Positions 10,826 through 22,982 of a DNA stretch of 64,000 nucleotides are shown here, piece by piece. Both the position numbers and the translations under genes were made by a program. The notes beneath the pieces are model-generated. The model was not told where the DNA came from. It was given only the letters and a program-made list of their open reading frames with translations, and made no database searches. The stretch spans positions 62,001-126,000 of the forward strand of contig JAVKOQ020000102.1 in the NCBI GenBank assembly GCA_031835245.2, in the 5' to 3' direction. This DNA is from Balamuthia mandrillaris. Taxonomy: Eukaryota. Numbering within the stretch: position 1 is the first letter of the stretch; every line of letters begins with the position of its first letter.

Positions 10826-11916
10826 TGGTGAGAAGGGAGGACTGAGCAATGGTTTGAGCAATGGGAGCGACAAAAGGGAACAGAGTCTGGCCCTCAAGGT
10901 AAAGGAACGTTTGGCTGCCGAGTGCGCTTCCTCTTCCTCCAGCGACGAAGATGACAAGGACGAACAGATCAGCACTCCAAAAGCAGCATCAACCAACACG
11001 AAGAAAGACAAACACAAATAAGCACCGCTTTTAGTATTTGAGTCTTTTGTCTTGTTGTAAACATTTCTTTCTGCCACGACCTCATGCACCTGTGCAACCA
11101 TTCTTGTCCTTCTCTTCTCTTTTCTTCTTCTTGTCGTTCTTTGCTCCCACAAGCCTGTCATAGAGAATAGACTGAAGAGCTCATCAATAGCCTTTCGTCA
11201 CCAAAGACGCTAACCACAAAACAAGACCGAATGAAGGGGCTTGTCTGCGTCCAGGGTTTGAGGAGGAAGGGCGGGAACACTTAACAATTGTGCCATTACT
11301 ATAGGATCATTTTATGATTTGTTATTGGTGGAAAGGACAATGTTTGATTTGCTATTGGGTGGAAGCCTTTGCTATAGGAACAGAGCGAAAGAAGAAAATG
11401 GATGAAGCCACGAATGCAACAGCGGTCTTTGTCCCTACCGACGATGGTTCTCTTCCTTGTAAACCCGAAGGTGCCTTTCCTCCTCTTTTCTTTTACTTGC
11501 TTTTTTGTTATTTTTTTAAAAAAGAAAAAACAACCAAAAAAAAAAACAAAAATGGTTCTCAGAGTTACGCCAACTTTTAGCGGAGAGAAGACAGTTTGAG
11601 TTGGATCAATACTATGACCACATCCAACCGCACACGTTTGAGACCCGCTTCGTTGCCTTCTCTCTGGAAGAGGCCAAGGCGTGGCGGGAGTACAATCGCG
11701 GAGCGGCGGAGCTGAGCAAGGAGGAGGAGGGCTTGTTGGCAGGCTTGAAGGCCCGGCTGGAGGAGGCCATCCAGCTCTTTGTGGAGAGGGGGAACGCCGC
11801 ATTTGTTCGGCTGTCGACGAGGAGCCCCAAAGATGCGGTGGACAAGGACGAGGAGGCTCTTAGGCCGCTTCTCGTGGAAGCCTTGCTTCAGCAGCAGGTT
11901 GGCGCAACTGTCTTGT
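10826..11916 (+). repeat. Direct duplication, copy 2 (orphan RhoGEF terminal exon + start of the intact R2K gene)
   Basis: Matches 7375-8388. Encodes [33 protein letters not shown]...KDKHK* without the upstream RhoGEF exons. Confidence 0.95.
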
Positions 11917-13189
11917 CGTTTCTTTCTTTCTCGTCGTTTCTTTCTTTCTTCTTTTGCTCATTTTTGCTGTTTACTGGCAGCAAAGTTGCAGAAAGGCGAG
12001 TTTAGATGAGTTGGATGCAAACGACTGTTTGATAGCATTACGAAAGGCCTTTTTTCAGCGTATGCGAGTCACCTCTGCCGACCAAGTCTTTCAACTCATG
12101 ATGTACAGCAATCGCACTGTCTCTGACATGAAACGGGTTTGAGCTCTTCTATTTGCCTCCTCTTCTCTTCCTCTTCTTTGTTTTGTATTAATATTCTTCA
12201 TATTCTTCCTCTTCTTCCATGTCCTCTTGTTCTCCTTGTGGTTGTTTCTTGTTCTCCTTGGTCTTCTTCTTCTTCTTCTTCTTCTTCTTCTTCTTCTTCT
12301 TCTTCTTCTTCTTGTTCTTCTTGTTCTCCTTCTTCTTCTTGTTGTTCTTGTTCTTGTTCTTCTTCTTCTTCTTCTTGTTCTTCTTCTTCTTCTTCTGCTG
12401 CTGCTGCTGCTGCTGCTGCTTTTAAAAGGCGATAGATCATGCAGACAAGATAGAATGGAATCTTGGTCTCATCGTGCGTGAGTTTGTGGCCATCGACATC
12501 GAAGGCGAGCTCAGAGCATTCGTCCATAACAAGAAGCTCAACGCCCTCTCCCAGTACTTTGCGGATTGTTATTTTGCTGATCTGCACGAGCATAAAGACG
12601 AAGTTCAAGAGAGAGTGCTGCAGTTTTTCGAGCAAGTCAAAGAGGACATTCCGTTTGATTCTTACAACATTGACTTTGCGGGTACCTCTTCTCTCTCTCT
12701 CTCTCTCTCTCTCTTTGTTCCTTCATATGGAATAACATTAACATTTCTCTTCCACATGAAGTGAGCAAAGATCGTGTATATATACTTGAATTAAAGTACG
12801 GTTGTGCTCTCTCTCTCTCTCTCTCTCTCTGCCTCTCTCTTTACCCATCTTTTTGAGTTTAAACCTTCTTGTTTCGAACAGTCCGTTTTCAGAGAGTACG
12901 GGTGGAGCTCTTTTCGATTGGAAGAAAGACAGAAATGTATTAGACGGTATTTCTCTTCTTCTCTCTTGCGTTCCTATGTTCTTTTCTTACCCGTGTTACA
13001 ACAGAAGGTCCATTTGAGTTCAGAACCGTGCCAGCAGAGAACGCATGCAAGAACTTGATGCAGCCTTGGAAAGGGCTCGTGGACAGAGCCATTCGCCATC
13101 ACCTTCATTCAAAGGAGGAGAACGGTCTGGTGGATGAATCAAAATGCAACAACAACCACCGCCCTGACTCTCGTTGTATGCTCCAATAA
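11398..13189 (+). CDS. Cdc123/R2K-clade ATP-grasp protein ending in a CaaX box (CMLQ), multi-exon
   Basis: YYDHIQPHTFET, AFVRLSTRSPKDA, SNRTVSDM, LIVREFV, ELRAFVHNKKLNALSQYF, YNIDFA, ILELNPF, TGGALFDW. The last exon ends DSRCMLQ* (TAA 13187-13189). Confidence 0.8.
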
Positions 13190-13601
13190 ATGAATGAACG
13201 AACGAATGATCAAGGCAGAGAGAACAAACGATAAACACCAATAAAGAAGGACAGCGAAGTTGTTTCACTCTCTGAACGGTGGAAGCAAGCGTTTGAGGTA
13301 GTAGTAGGCAGGTGAATAAAAAATAAAAAAAGCCTGGGGTGGAGTTTAATGAGGTACAATGCTGTTCGACCGAAGGTCGATCGATGTAAAAGACGGGATG
13401 GCTGATATATGCCGCACCAGGCTGAAAAAGATTGTGCCCTCTTTGGGTACAAAAACCCTACTTCTATCCTAAGGGCTCTTCGTTATGGGAAACATAATAC
13501 AACATGCACGTGCTAAGCAACTTGATTGAATTATTGACGTAATGATTAGGGAGGGTCAGCTGGCGAACAAGGGTGGTGTTTTGGCCTCTTTTATGGATTT
13601 A

Positions 13602-15232
13602 CTAAGAAGCAGAAGAAGCATCAGACATCAAAAAGAAGAGATGATGTTTGGCTTCAACAAGACCTTGAATGCATTCGTATGGTCGCTGCATAGATTCCTC
13701 TATAGAGTACAATGAAACGCAGTCGTAAACGTGATTATCTAACTCTGGCGGAATGTCTTTTCTTCCACAAATGATGATCACTCGTTTGTTGTGTTTGTTG
13801 GCCAGAAGCTGAACTTGAGAGACCACTTTGCCATGTGCTGTTTGCGCGTCGTAACTTCCTTCTCCAGTGAAGATGATGTCGCTTTGCTGGATGGCTTCTT
13901 CTAGCCCCAACAGCTGGGATACAAACTCTATACCCTGTGAATTTTTGTAACAGTTAAGAAAGAGCAGATGAAGATAGAACAGGAGGTGACAAATAACAAA
14001 TGGAAGAAACCAACACAAATAGAATAAACGGGAGGGATGTGAAGAAAACCTTTTTAATGGTGGCGCCAGTGCCAGCGACGATGCCGCCAGCAAGACCGCC
14101 GGCAGCACCACCGCCAGGCAGCTTTGCCAAGTCGTTAGTTTTGCAAGAGGGAAGCCCTTGTAACATCGGAACAATATGGCACATTCCCTTCTCCAGCTCA
14201 TCCAAGATTTCTTTTGTATTTGCTCCTTTTTGCCTCGCAAAAGTCTTTTGTGTTTGTTCACAGCAGCGAGTGAAACATTAAAATAAAGGAAGAGCAAAGA
14301 AGAAGAAGAATATAAAGAATAAAGAAAAGGTGAACGCACGGCAACGGCTCCTTTCTCTCCACAAAAGGGATTGTTGACATCGCATGCGACTTCCACGACA
14401 GCGCCAGGCAGCAATTCCTCTCGGTCTGTTGGCATTTCCAACGAAACCACACGAGTCAAGTCGCGTCCGTATATGACAGAGGGATAGGTCGTCTCTCCTG
14501 CTTCCGTAGCAACAGCAACCCTGAGACCTAAAGTTTGCAAACAACCTAAGCCTCCGTCATTCGTTGCGCTCCCTGGGGCATGCAAGAGATCAGGGAGAGC
14601 GTGAGAGAGGAGGGAGGAGCGAGGAGAGAGGAGGGTGAGAGAGGAGAGAGCAGTGGAGAGCAGAGAGCAGAGAACAGAGAGCAGAGAAAGGAAGAGAAGC
14701 ATAAGCATACGAACCACCCATGCCTACAATGATATGCCGATGACCAGCCTCATAAGCAGCCTTTATCAGCTCGCCAGTGCCTTTGGTGGTGGTGTTGAGC
14801 GGGTTCAGCTTCTCCTTGGGGGTCACCAAATGAAGGCCCGAGGCGTTGGCCATTTCGACCACCGCCACGTCTTTGAAGCGCTCCTCCTCGCTTCGGCCAT
14901 AATGAGCTGTTATCGGCCCACCATCATCCCCCAACGGACCTTTTGTTTTGTGTTTTTTTTTATTTGTATTCGTTGGTGTGATGTCGAAAGGGTTGAAGGA
15001 GGAGGAACGAAAACGAACCGGTGACCAGGACGGGAACCATCGCGAGGTCCATGGGCTTCCTCAGCGCGGCCAAGAACCCGCCTCCCCCATCGCTCAGCGA
15101 CAGGATGCGCGTCTCCAGCCGCTCTTGGCCGTAGAGCTCCACCAGCTTGGATGTTACGGCCTCGGCCACTTTGTCCGCCAGCAGCGTGCCCTTGAACCCA
15201 TCGAAGCAGGCCAACACTTTCACTTTCTTCAT
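13602..15232 (-). CDS. glxK: Glycerate kinase (GlxK/GarK class), multi-exon
   Basis: CFDGFKGTL, SDGGGG, VVEMANASGL, TTKGTGELI, GMGGSATNDGGLG, ACDVNNPFCGEKGA, GGGAAGGL, FTGEGSYDAQTAHGKV. Confidence 0.92.
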
Positions 15233-15314
15233 TCCTTTTGTTTTTCTAGTTTTTTTTGTAGACCACACAGAAAAATCAGCGAAATTTCAAGTCAATGAAT
15301 AAAACTGTGTGAAG

Positions 15315-15393
15315 TGGTGAGAGTAGGGATCGAACCGGAGGCATTTCAGCTGTTGAAAAAGAACCATGCGGAGAGTTGGAATCGAACTGGAGG
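15315..15393 (-). promoter_or_regulatory. Two tandem B-box / tRNA-3'-end-like units upstream of glxK
   Basis: 27-nt direct repeat (15315-15341 and 15367-15393, 22/27 identical). Minus strand reads GGTTCGATCC and AGTTCGATTCC. No complete cloverleaf. Confidence 0.4.
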
Positions 15394-15441
15394 AAATGAA
15401 TTCAATTTTTTTTCTTTAATTTTTTTTGTTTTGTTCTATGT

Positions 15442-18400
15442 TCAAGTGAGGTCGTTGTAAAAGTGATACACTCGTTTGCTGGTTGCAGGGCCAACCGCCA
15501 CGTGGACGTGGGATGAGTTGCCTGCTCCCTCCTCCTCCTCCATCCTCAGGTCTTTCAACAGCTCCTCTTTTCTCCGCTCCCTTCTCCGCTTTTCCTTCTC
15601 TCTTTTGTTTTTGGTTAGCTGTAGTTCTTCGTCTCGTCGCTCTTCTCTCTCTTCTCGTGCTTTGTCTTCTTCCTCCATCGCGACGTACGCCTCGAACAAT
15701 GCAGCCGGTGAGGAATAGCTGTCCACTATCGCCCTCGCTTTGGCTGCTTGACAGTTCGGAATCTGCATCAGCTGCTTTGCGAAAAGATGTTTGAGAGTCA
15801 AGTTGCCACTCTTTGAAGCCAATAAGTTGAAGCGAGAGTAGCTCAACATCGATCGGTTGTTCCAGAGAAAAAGAGAAGCCGGCTCATCCCCAGAAGAAGA
15901 ACGTGAAGCAGCAGCAGAAGAAGAAGAACAAGAAGAAGAATGACGATAAGCCCATTTGGAACGATGATAGAGAGATTCGATGTGATGAGTGAGTTCTCTC
16001 AAGTAGTTGGCTGTATGTCGTTCGTTGTCTGTTCGAACCACATAAAATCCTGAAAATAGTAAAAGAAATATGAGAAAACAACAAAAACGAATGAAGGAAT
16101 GACAACAAACCATCCACAGTTTGGGTCTCCACAATCGCATCTCTCAGGAGCTCCATTTGCAGAGCATCCACATCCTTATGACTGTTGCTGTTGTCGCTGT
16201 TCATCGCCACATTGGCTCCTTCCAATATGTAAAGAACGGTTGAGACTTGATTGGCAGCGCACAATTGACTCAACCTAAACTTTTGTTCTTGGTAGCGCTT
16301 GTCCTGAATGCTCGCCAACATATCTGCCATCGTCTTTCTCTCCGCGATTTGGCCCAACACATATTCTTCCTCTCCTGAATCCGTTTCATCCCATCTCTGA
16401 TCCAACTCCAAATCTTCTTCGCTTTCCTCTTCGTCCTCTCCCTCGTTTTCTTTTGCATCTTCATCCTTTCGTTGATGGGAATGGAGTTTGGTTTGATACG
16501 CGATACGAGCAATCCAAAGCATGTCACCGAGAGCTAAAGCACGAGCCTCGCAAAGGATACCGCTCTCTCTCAGCCGTTTGAACATGGTTTTGTAGGCAGG
16601 CTTTTCGTGAATCTCACGATTGTCCAACACTAAAACGATTTCAAAGGAAGTGATGACTTTTTCACGATGCTTCGGTGTTGCGTTGGCCTGTTTTTTGTTG
16701 TTGGATGAAAAAGTTGACGTGATAATGCTGCCTTGAGCAAAACGCTTTGTCTTCTCTTTCGTTGATGTTTGTGACGCCGAAGTTGATGTTGGAAGGAATT
16801 CGTCTGGGAAAGATTTAGTTGGAGATGTTTGTGGTTCGATATCAGTTAAATCCAGAAATAGCGATTGCGACGAAGAAAACGATGAAGTGGAGTTTGTTCG
16901 GTCGTCCTTCCCAACTGATAACATGTCATCTTCGTTTTCTTCTTTGTCTTTTTCCTCTTCTTCTTCCGAAAGAACTTGTAACACGTTCTCAACCTTTATC
17001 GTTCTATGTTCTTCTTTTTTTTCTTCGTACTTGCGAGGTTCTATCATTTGACCGTGCTTTCCGTCTGTTTCTAGTTTCTCATCGTCACTCTCGCTCAATT
17101 CGATTACAGTAGTCGCACAAGTAGAAGAGCTTCTTTCTTTTTTGTTGGAGCAATCTTCAGTTTTTGCTCGCAAAAGCGTAGTGTAGTTTGTCACCCCGTT
17201 CTCTTCTTTCTGTTCTCCCTCAATCTCGAAGTTAAACGACAAAGAATACATCGATGCAGTTGAAGCTGGTGTAGCAAATGTTGTATGCACTGCAAGCACG
17301 TCGTCATCAAATCTTGACGAAGAACTTTCTTGTGGTTCGTTGTCTTTTTCTATTTCTTCCGATGGACCAGGTAGTAAAGGAGAAAGATGTTTTTGTTCTG
17401 GTCCTTCTTCTGGTCGGTATTGAGGAGAATATGGGTTGGGTTCCGCGATAAAAACTGTTGTGCTGGCAGAAGGAGCCCAAAGTATAGGTTCCTCCATCAT
17501 CATCGTATCATCATTCACTGTGCTCCCACTCCCGATCCACGTTGGATCCTTGTCTTGTTTCTCGTCTTGGTCTTCTTCATCATCTTCTTTAGCTTTGTTC
17601 TTTGTAGCTGCACTTTCATTGTCACTACTACTGCTGCTCGTATCGTCTAACTTTAATAAGACTTTGTTTTTCATTTCTTTCTCTGTTTTCTGCTTTGTCC
17701 TTTCTGTTTCCTTCTCCTCGTCGTCATTCTCTTCATCTTCATCGTTTTGGTGCCATTTTGAAGATGGATTGTTGTTGGTAGTTTCTTCTTGTTCTGCAGC
17801 TAATAGCGAGTGAGCCAACTGACGTCCTGACTCTGTCAGTGAGTACTTCGCCGGTGCTCCTTTCTTTTGTACCAATCCTTTCCCTTATTACAAAACCAAA
17901 GCAAAAATTGGATGAGATTCAGAAACATAAAGCAACAAAAAATACAAGGCTTGATACCAATTAAAGTGGCCATGCTGTTCCATGCGGTATAGAAGTTTTG
18001 TCCAGAGCCAAGACCTGTGCTCTCCTGTTCATGGAAGCAACGTAAGAAAATAGCTCTCGAGAACCAAAAAAGCGAAGAGAGGGAGAGATCAAAAGAACGT
18101 ACCGCATAAAAGCTGGAATCGCAGTAAGGACCGGCCAAGTCAAGCAACTGCTTCTTGGAGAGATAGCCAGGATAGTTCCTTACGATCTCTTCCTGCTCTG
18201 CCCTTATTAAAGCTTGCAACAACGCCCATGCACCTGAACGGTATCGTGGAATATACTTCCTTGGGATTACTTCTGTCCTTTTTTGTTGTTTACCTCTCAT
18301 TTGAGTTTGGTCTGGTTGTCGTCTTTTTGTTCGTTTATGTCTGGTTTCTGTTTTCGTTCTGTCGTCATCCCCTTCCTCCTTATCATCATCATCTTCATCA

Positions 18401-20025
18401 TTCTTTCGTTTTTTTGCGGTTGAAGATGTGGAAGGAGAAGTCTTATCAGCAGCAAATTCGCGAATGCTCGATTGTTGGACTTGCCGCCTTCTCGTGGGTG
18501 TTGTTTCAGCATTCTGCTTGTGAAGGAGACACAACAACGTTGCCACGATATGTTTACACCACCCCTCTCTATCATATGAACAACTGCACACTGCTCTTTT
18601 CACCATCACTATCTTCTTCATCATTGCTCTTTCTTCCTCGCCGTCGTCCCCGTTATTGTTGGGCGATAATAATGATTTCGGTTTAGTCAAAGAAAGATTC
18701 ACTTTGTGCAGCCTACCCCGTCCATACGTGCCTCCTCCCTCCACCTCCGCCAATATCTCGCGTCCGTTGAGGATGAGAGAGGCTATAGCTCCTCGTTGGA
18801 ACGTGGCTTGACCTTTGGCATAGGACTCCTCGCTGCTATTCATGAGGATGAACATGGAGTCTACCACTGGTAGCGTTCCCTTTAGGGCGATGAGCTTTGG
18901 CACTGAAGTAAGGGTGAACAACGAAAGTAAATTAAACAACGAATGATAAGAAACATGACAAAGTGTTAAGACGAATATACGACAGACAATAAAGTGATGA
19001 AAGAAGAAACCTTTTGCTGGTTGTGCTCCTTTTTTCGTGGTACTTGTGGTTAAAGCTGTTGTTGGAAACAAGGTTGATGATGTAGCAGAATATTCGTTCT
19101 CACTTTCAAAATGACGAGGAGGTGCCACTTGAAAGGATGGAGATCGCGAAGAAGAAGAAGAAGAAGGCTGAGACAACGAGTCAACAGATAAGCTTCGTGA
19201 AATTGGTGTGGACGATGCTGATAAAGATGCAGAAACAAGAGCAGGCGAAGAAATAGAAGCAGTAGAAGAAATAGAAGGCAGCGTAGTACGTCGTTGAAGT
19301 AACGTCTTTTGCTTGTTCTTCTTGCGCCTCTTTTTTCTGTTTCGTTGCAATTCTTGATTATGCAGAACGGCTTCCTTGAGCTCTTGGGAAGCCAACAGCA
19401 GCGTTTTGCGATGACCCAACAGAGGGATGCCCACTGCTTCCAAGTCGCTCATGCCGAGCTCCTGCAGCACTTTGATGTTGTCGAAGCCGCTTGCCAGAAA
19501 GGCTTTCTTGTATTGAGGTAAGCCCAACCCTAGAAGCCAATCTTCCAAGCCGGATGGCACTGTTTATGGTTTGTCAAGAGTAAAGAGCCTTCATATGAGA
19601 GAGAGAAGAAAAGAGAGAAGAGCAGAGAGAAGAGAGAAGAGAGAGAAGAGAGAAGAGAAAAGAGAGAAGAGAGAAATGCAGAATGAAAAGACAGAAGAAA
19701 ACCTGGCATTTCCTCTTCGCTCTCTTCCTCCTCGTCCTCCTCTCCTGGTGAACCTCCACTTTCCACCCTCATCCCTTCACCGCCACCACGCTGAAGGAGA
19801 GAGAGCCCAGGTTCCGCTGTCGTGGCCTCTTGTTGTGTCCTGTTGGCAAACTCCTTCAGGGCCTCCTCCAGCTTGCCAGCAATGTGCTTGCCTATGCCGG
19901 GAAGCTGCATGGCGTCCTTGCCGCTCTTGATCTCTCCCTCAAAACTCTTCAAAGACTTTAAGGCCTTTGCTTCGTCACACGCAACAAAGAAAAAGTAGTG
20001 ATGAGAAGAGAGATATGAGAGAGCG

Positions 20026-20071
<46 letters not shown>

Positions 20072-20232
20072 GAGAAGAGCAAGAGGAGGAGAGAAGAAAG
20101 ATAAACCTTGGCGTAGGTGAAAGACAAATGTTTGACGCCAGAAGAACGGGCTTCTCTTTCCAAGCGTTGAAGAGCCTCTATGCAAGCCCCGTTCGTGGCA
20201 TACCGAGGGACGCCCGCGTTGCTCGCCATCAT
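15442..20232 (-). CDS. MUS81: Crossover-junction endonuclease MUS81 with additional SAM and SWIM domains, multi-exon
   Basis: N-terminal HhH (AMQLPGIGKHIA), winged helix (YIPRYRSGAWALL...YTAWNSMATL...PAKYSLTESG), ERCC4 (VLDNRE, LGDMLW, ERKTMADMLASIQDKRYQEQKFRL) and C-terminal HhH (FAKQLMQIP...VGPATSKRVY). Splice phases join all exons in frame. Confidence 0.92.
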
Positions 20233-20439
20233 TAATTTTTTGCGTTGTGATTTCCAGTTATGTTTTTGTAAATTTTTTCTTAATCCTTTGTACTTTAATC
20301 AAATGTTACATGAATAAAAACAAAAAGAGAGAACGCGAGAGACACGCGGCCAAAGAGGAATGGATAGAACGAGTCTCGCGAGAGCTGCTCATCGGTCCCT
20401 CTTTCTTCTTCTTTTGTGTTTTTTTTAATTCCAAGAAAA

Positions 20440-20565
20440 ATTTTATTTTTTTTGTTGAGTCGATAATTGTCGACGAAAATGAAAATACGGTCAACAATCG
20501 ACAGAATATTGCGAACCACGAGATTGTCGACGAACAAAAAATATTTTCGACAAATTGTCGACACA
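20440..20565. promoter_or_regulatory. Divergent MUS81/CEBPZ promoter with clustered TGTCGAC motifs
   Basis: TGTCGAC at 20468, 20525 and 20556, plus partial TCGAC copies, in the 430-bp gap between head-to-head genes. Confidence 0.55.
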
Positions 20566-20665
20566 AATACTCCCCAAAAAAAAAAAGAAAGAAAAAAAGA
20601 AAGAAAAAGAAAAGAAAACGAAAAAAATAAGAAACAGCGAGAAAAAAAAAATAAAATAAATAACG

Positions 20666-22948
20666 ATGGCGACGAAAGCGGAGGACACTTCGTCAGTGCA
20701 GTACCACTGGTACCAGTCCATTCCGCCTTTGCCGACAAACGAGCCGCCCTCCGCCAACGGATCCTCCACTCCCGACAACAAGAATAAGGGGAAGAACAAG
20801 AAAAATCAAAAGAACGCCGAAGGGGGTGAGCAGCAGGTGGCCAACGGGCACCAGGCTCAAGCCAACGGCGGAGCGGGGAGCGGCGTCGCGCCGAAGAAAA
20901 GCACGCGCGTGGACTACGATCTGGTGCTCAAGAAATTGGAGGAAGCCAAAAACCTTTACGAAGCCCGCGAGCGAGTATACCACAAAAATAGTACACTTTT
21001 CTTCCTTCTTCTTCTTCTCGCTCCCCTCCCTTCTCTCTCTCTCCTCTTTTTCTTATTTTTCTATTACTTGCTTCTCTGTCTCTGTCTCTGTCTCTGTCTC
21101 TGTCTCGTCTCTGTCTCTGTCTCTGTCTCTGTCTCTGTCTCTGTCTCTGTCTCTGTCTCTGTCTCTTTCTTGTTATTTCTTTCTTTCTTTCTTGTCGTGT
21201 CTTGTCGTTTCTTTCTTTTCTTTCTTAACGTTTGATCCCCAAAAAATTATACAGAACCGCAAACAAGTGATGAAAAATGGCTGAAAACGGTGCTTCACTC
21301 CGGTACCACCTCCGACAGGATGGCTGCCCTCACGCTGCTGGTGCAGCAGGGTCCCTTCTATGGGCTAAGAACGCTAGACACGCTGCTCACTTTGGCCAGG
21401 AAGAAGGGGAGGAGGGAGGTCTTAATGGCCTGCGAGACCCTTAAGGACTTGTTCTTGAACACGTTGCTTCCGAATAGGAAACTTTCGTATGTGTTATTTT
21501 GTTTGTCAAGTCTCTTCTCTACTTCTCCTCTCGCTCTAGGGTTTTGTGGTATTTTGTTAACCACAATAACACTGACATAGACTGTTCCGAGATCAACCGG
21601 TGGGGGAGAAAGGAGTGACGGAGGACCATCTTGTCTATTGGTACTTTGAGCACAGTCTCAAGCAACGCTACTCTGACTTTGTGCAAGTGTTGGAAGTGGG
21701 CGCCAAAGACACTGTCCCTCATTTCAAGGATCGCATTGTTCGTCATATCTACGACTTGCTTGTCGCTAAACCGGAACAAGAGAAAACTCTACTTGCTCTG
21801 CTTATCAACAAATTGGTACCTTTCTCTGCCCTCATCTTTCTATTCTTTTCTCGTTCTGTGTTGCTTTTATTTACAGAACAAAACGAATAAATGTAGGGAG
21901 ACGCCGACAAGAAATTATCCAGTAAAACGGTGCACCATCTCAACAACCTTTTGCGTCTTCATCCCAACATGAAGGAAGTGGTAGTCAAAGAAGTCGAACT
22001 CTTCCTGCAACGTCCTAACCTTAGTCCTCGTGCCCAATACTGCGCCATCATCTTCCTCAACCAAATCGTTCTCTCCTCCGCGAGGGAAGAGGAACAACTC
22101 TTGGCCGCTCGCTTGATCGCCATCTACTTCTCTCTCTTCAAGCTCTACGTACAAGACACTGGAGAGGTGGAGGCCAAGATGCTCTCCGCTTTGTTGACGG
22201 GAGTCAACAGAGCATTTCCCTTTGCTCAAGGAGTGACCTCGGAGGAGGTTTATGCTGAACACATCGATTCTCTTTTTCAAATGGTGCATCTTTCAACGTT
22301 CAACAAGAGCGTGCAAGCTCTGTTGCTGCTGCTGCAACTTATCTTCAACAAAAACGAGCAAGCAGGAGAAGCAAATAATAAGAAGAAGAAAAAGGAGCTT
22401 GCGATGATGGAACAGTTGAGAGCGAGATTCTATCGTGCTCTTTATGCGAAGCTTCTCTCTCCTTCTCTCTACAACTCCTCCAAACATGCTCTGTTCCTTA
22501 ACGTCATCTACAAGGCCATGAAAGTAGACAATAGTTTACCGCGTCTTCACGCTTTCGTCAAACGATTGCTTCAAGTATGTACTCAACAGAAACCCACTTT
22601 CATTTGTGGGGCTCTCTTCCTCATCTCTGAGTTGATCAAGTTGAAGCCAGAGATTGCAAGCATCATTCGCAATTCTCCTGCTTCGTTATCCTCCACCTCA
22701 AATACTACAAAAGAGGACCATGGAAAAAGAGGAAGAAAAGGAAAGAAAAGAGCAAATGACAAAGAAGAAAAGAATGAGATAGACGCAGGCTCACTAGAGA
22801 AAGAGGCTAATGATAAAAGCGGACAGTATGACCCGAAGAAGAGAGAGCCGCTTTATGCTGGGGCCTCCAATGCTTGTTTGTGGGAGCTGCTGGCCCTAAA
22901 GTCTCATTGTCATCCCTCTGTTGCAGCTTTTGCAGGTTTGCTTATCAT

Positions 22949-22982
<34 letters not shown>

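Noticed and set aside
15300..15400. tRNA gene or LTR primer-binding site
   Set aside because: No A-box, D-arm or 5' acceptor strand, T-stems are unpaired and there is no adjacent LTR; kept only as B-box-like motifs.
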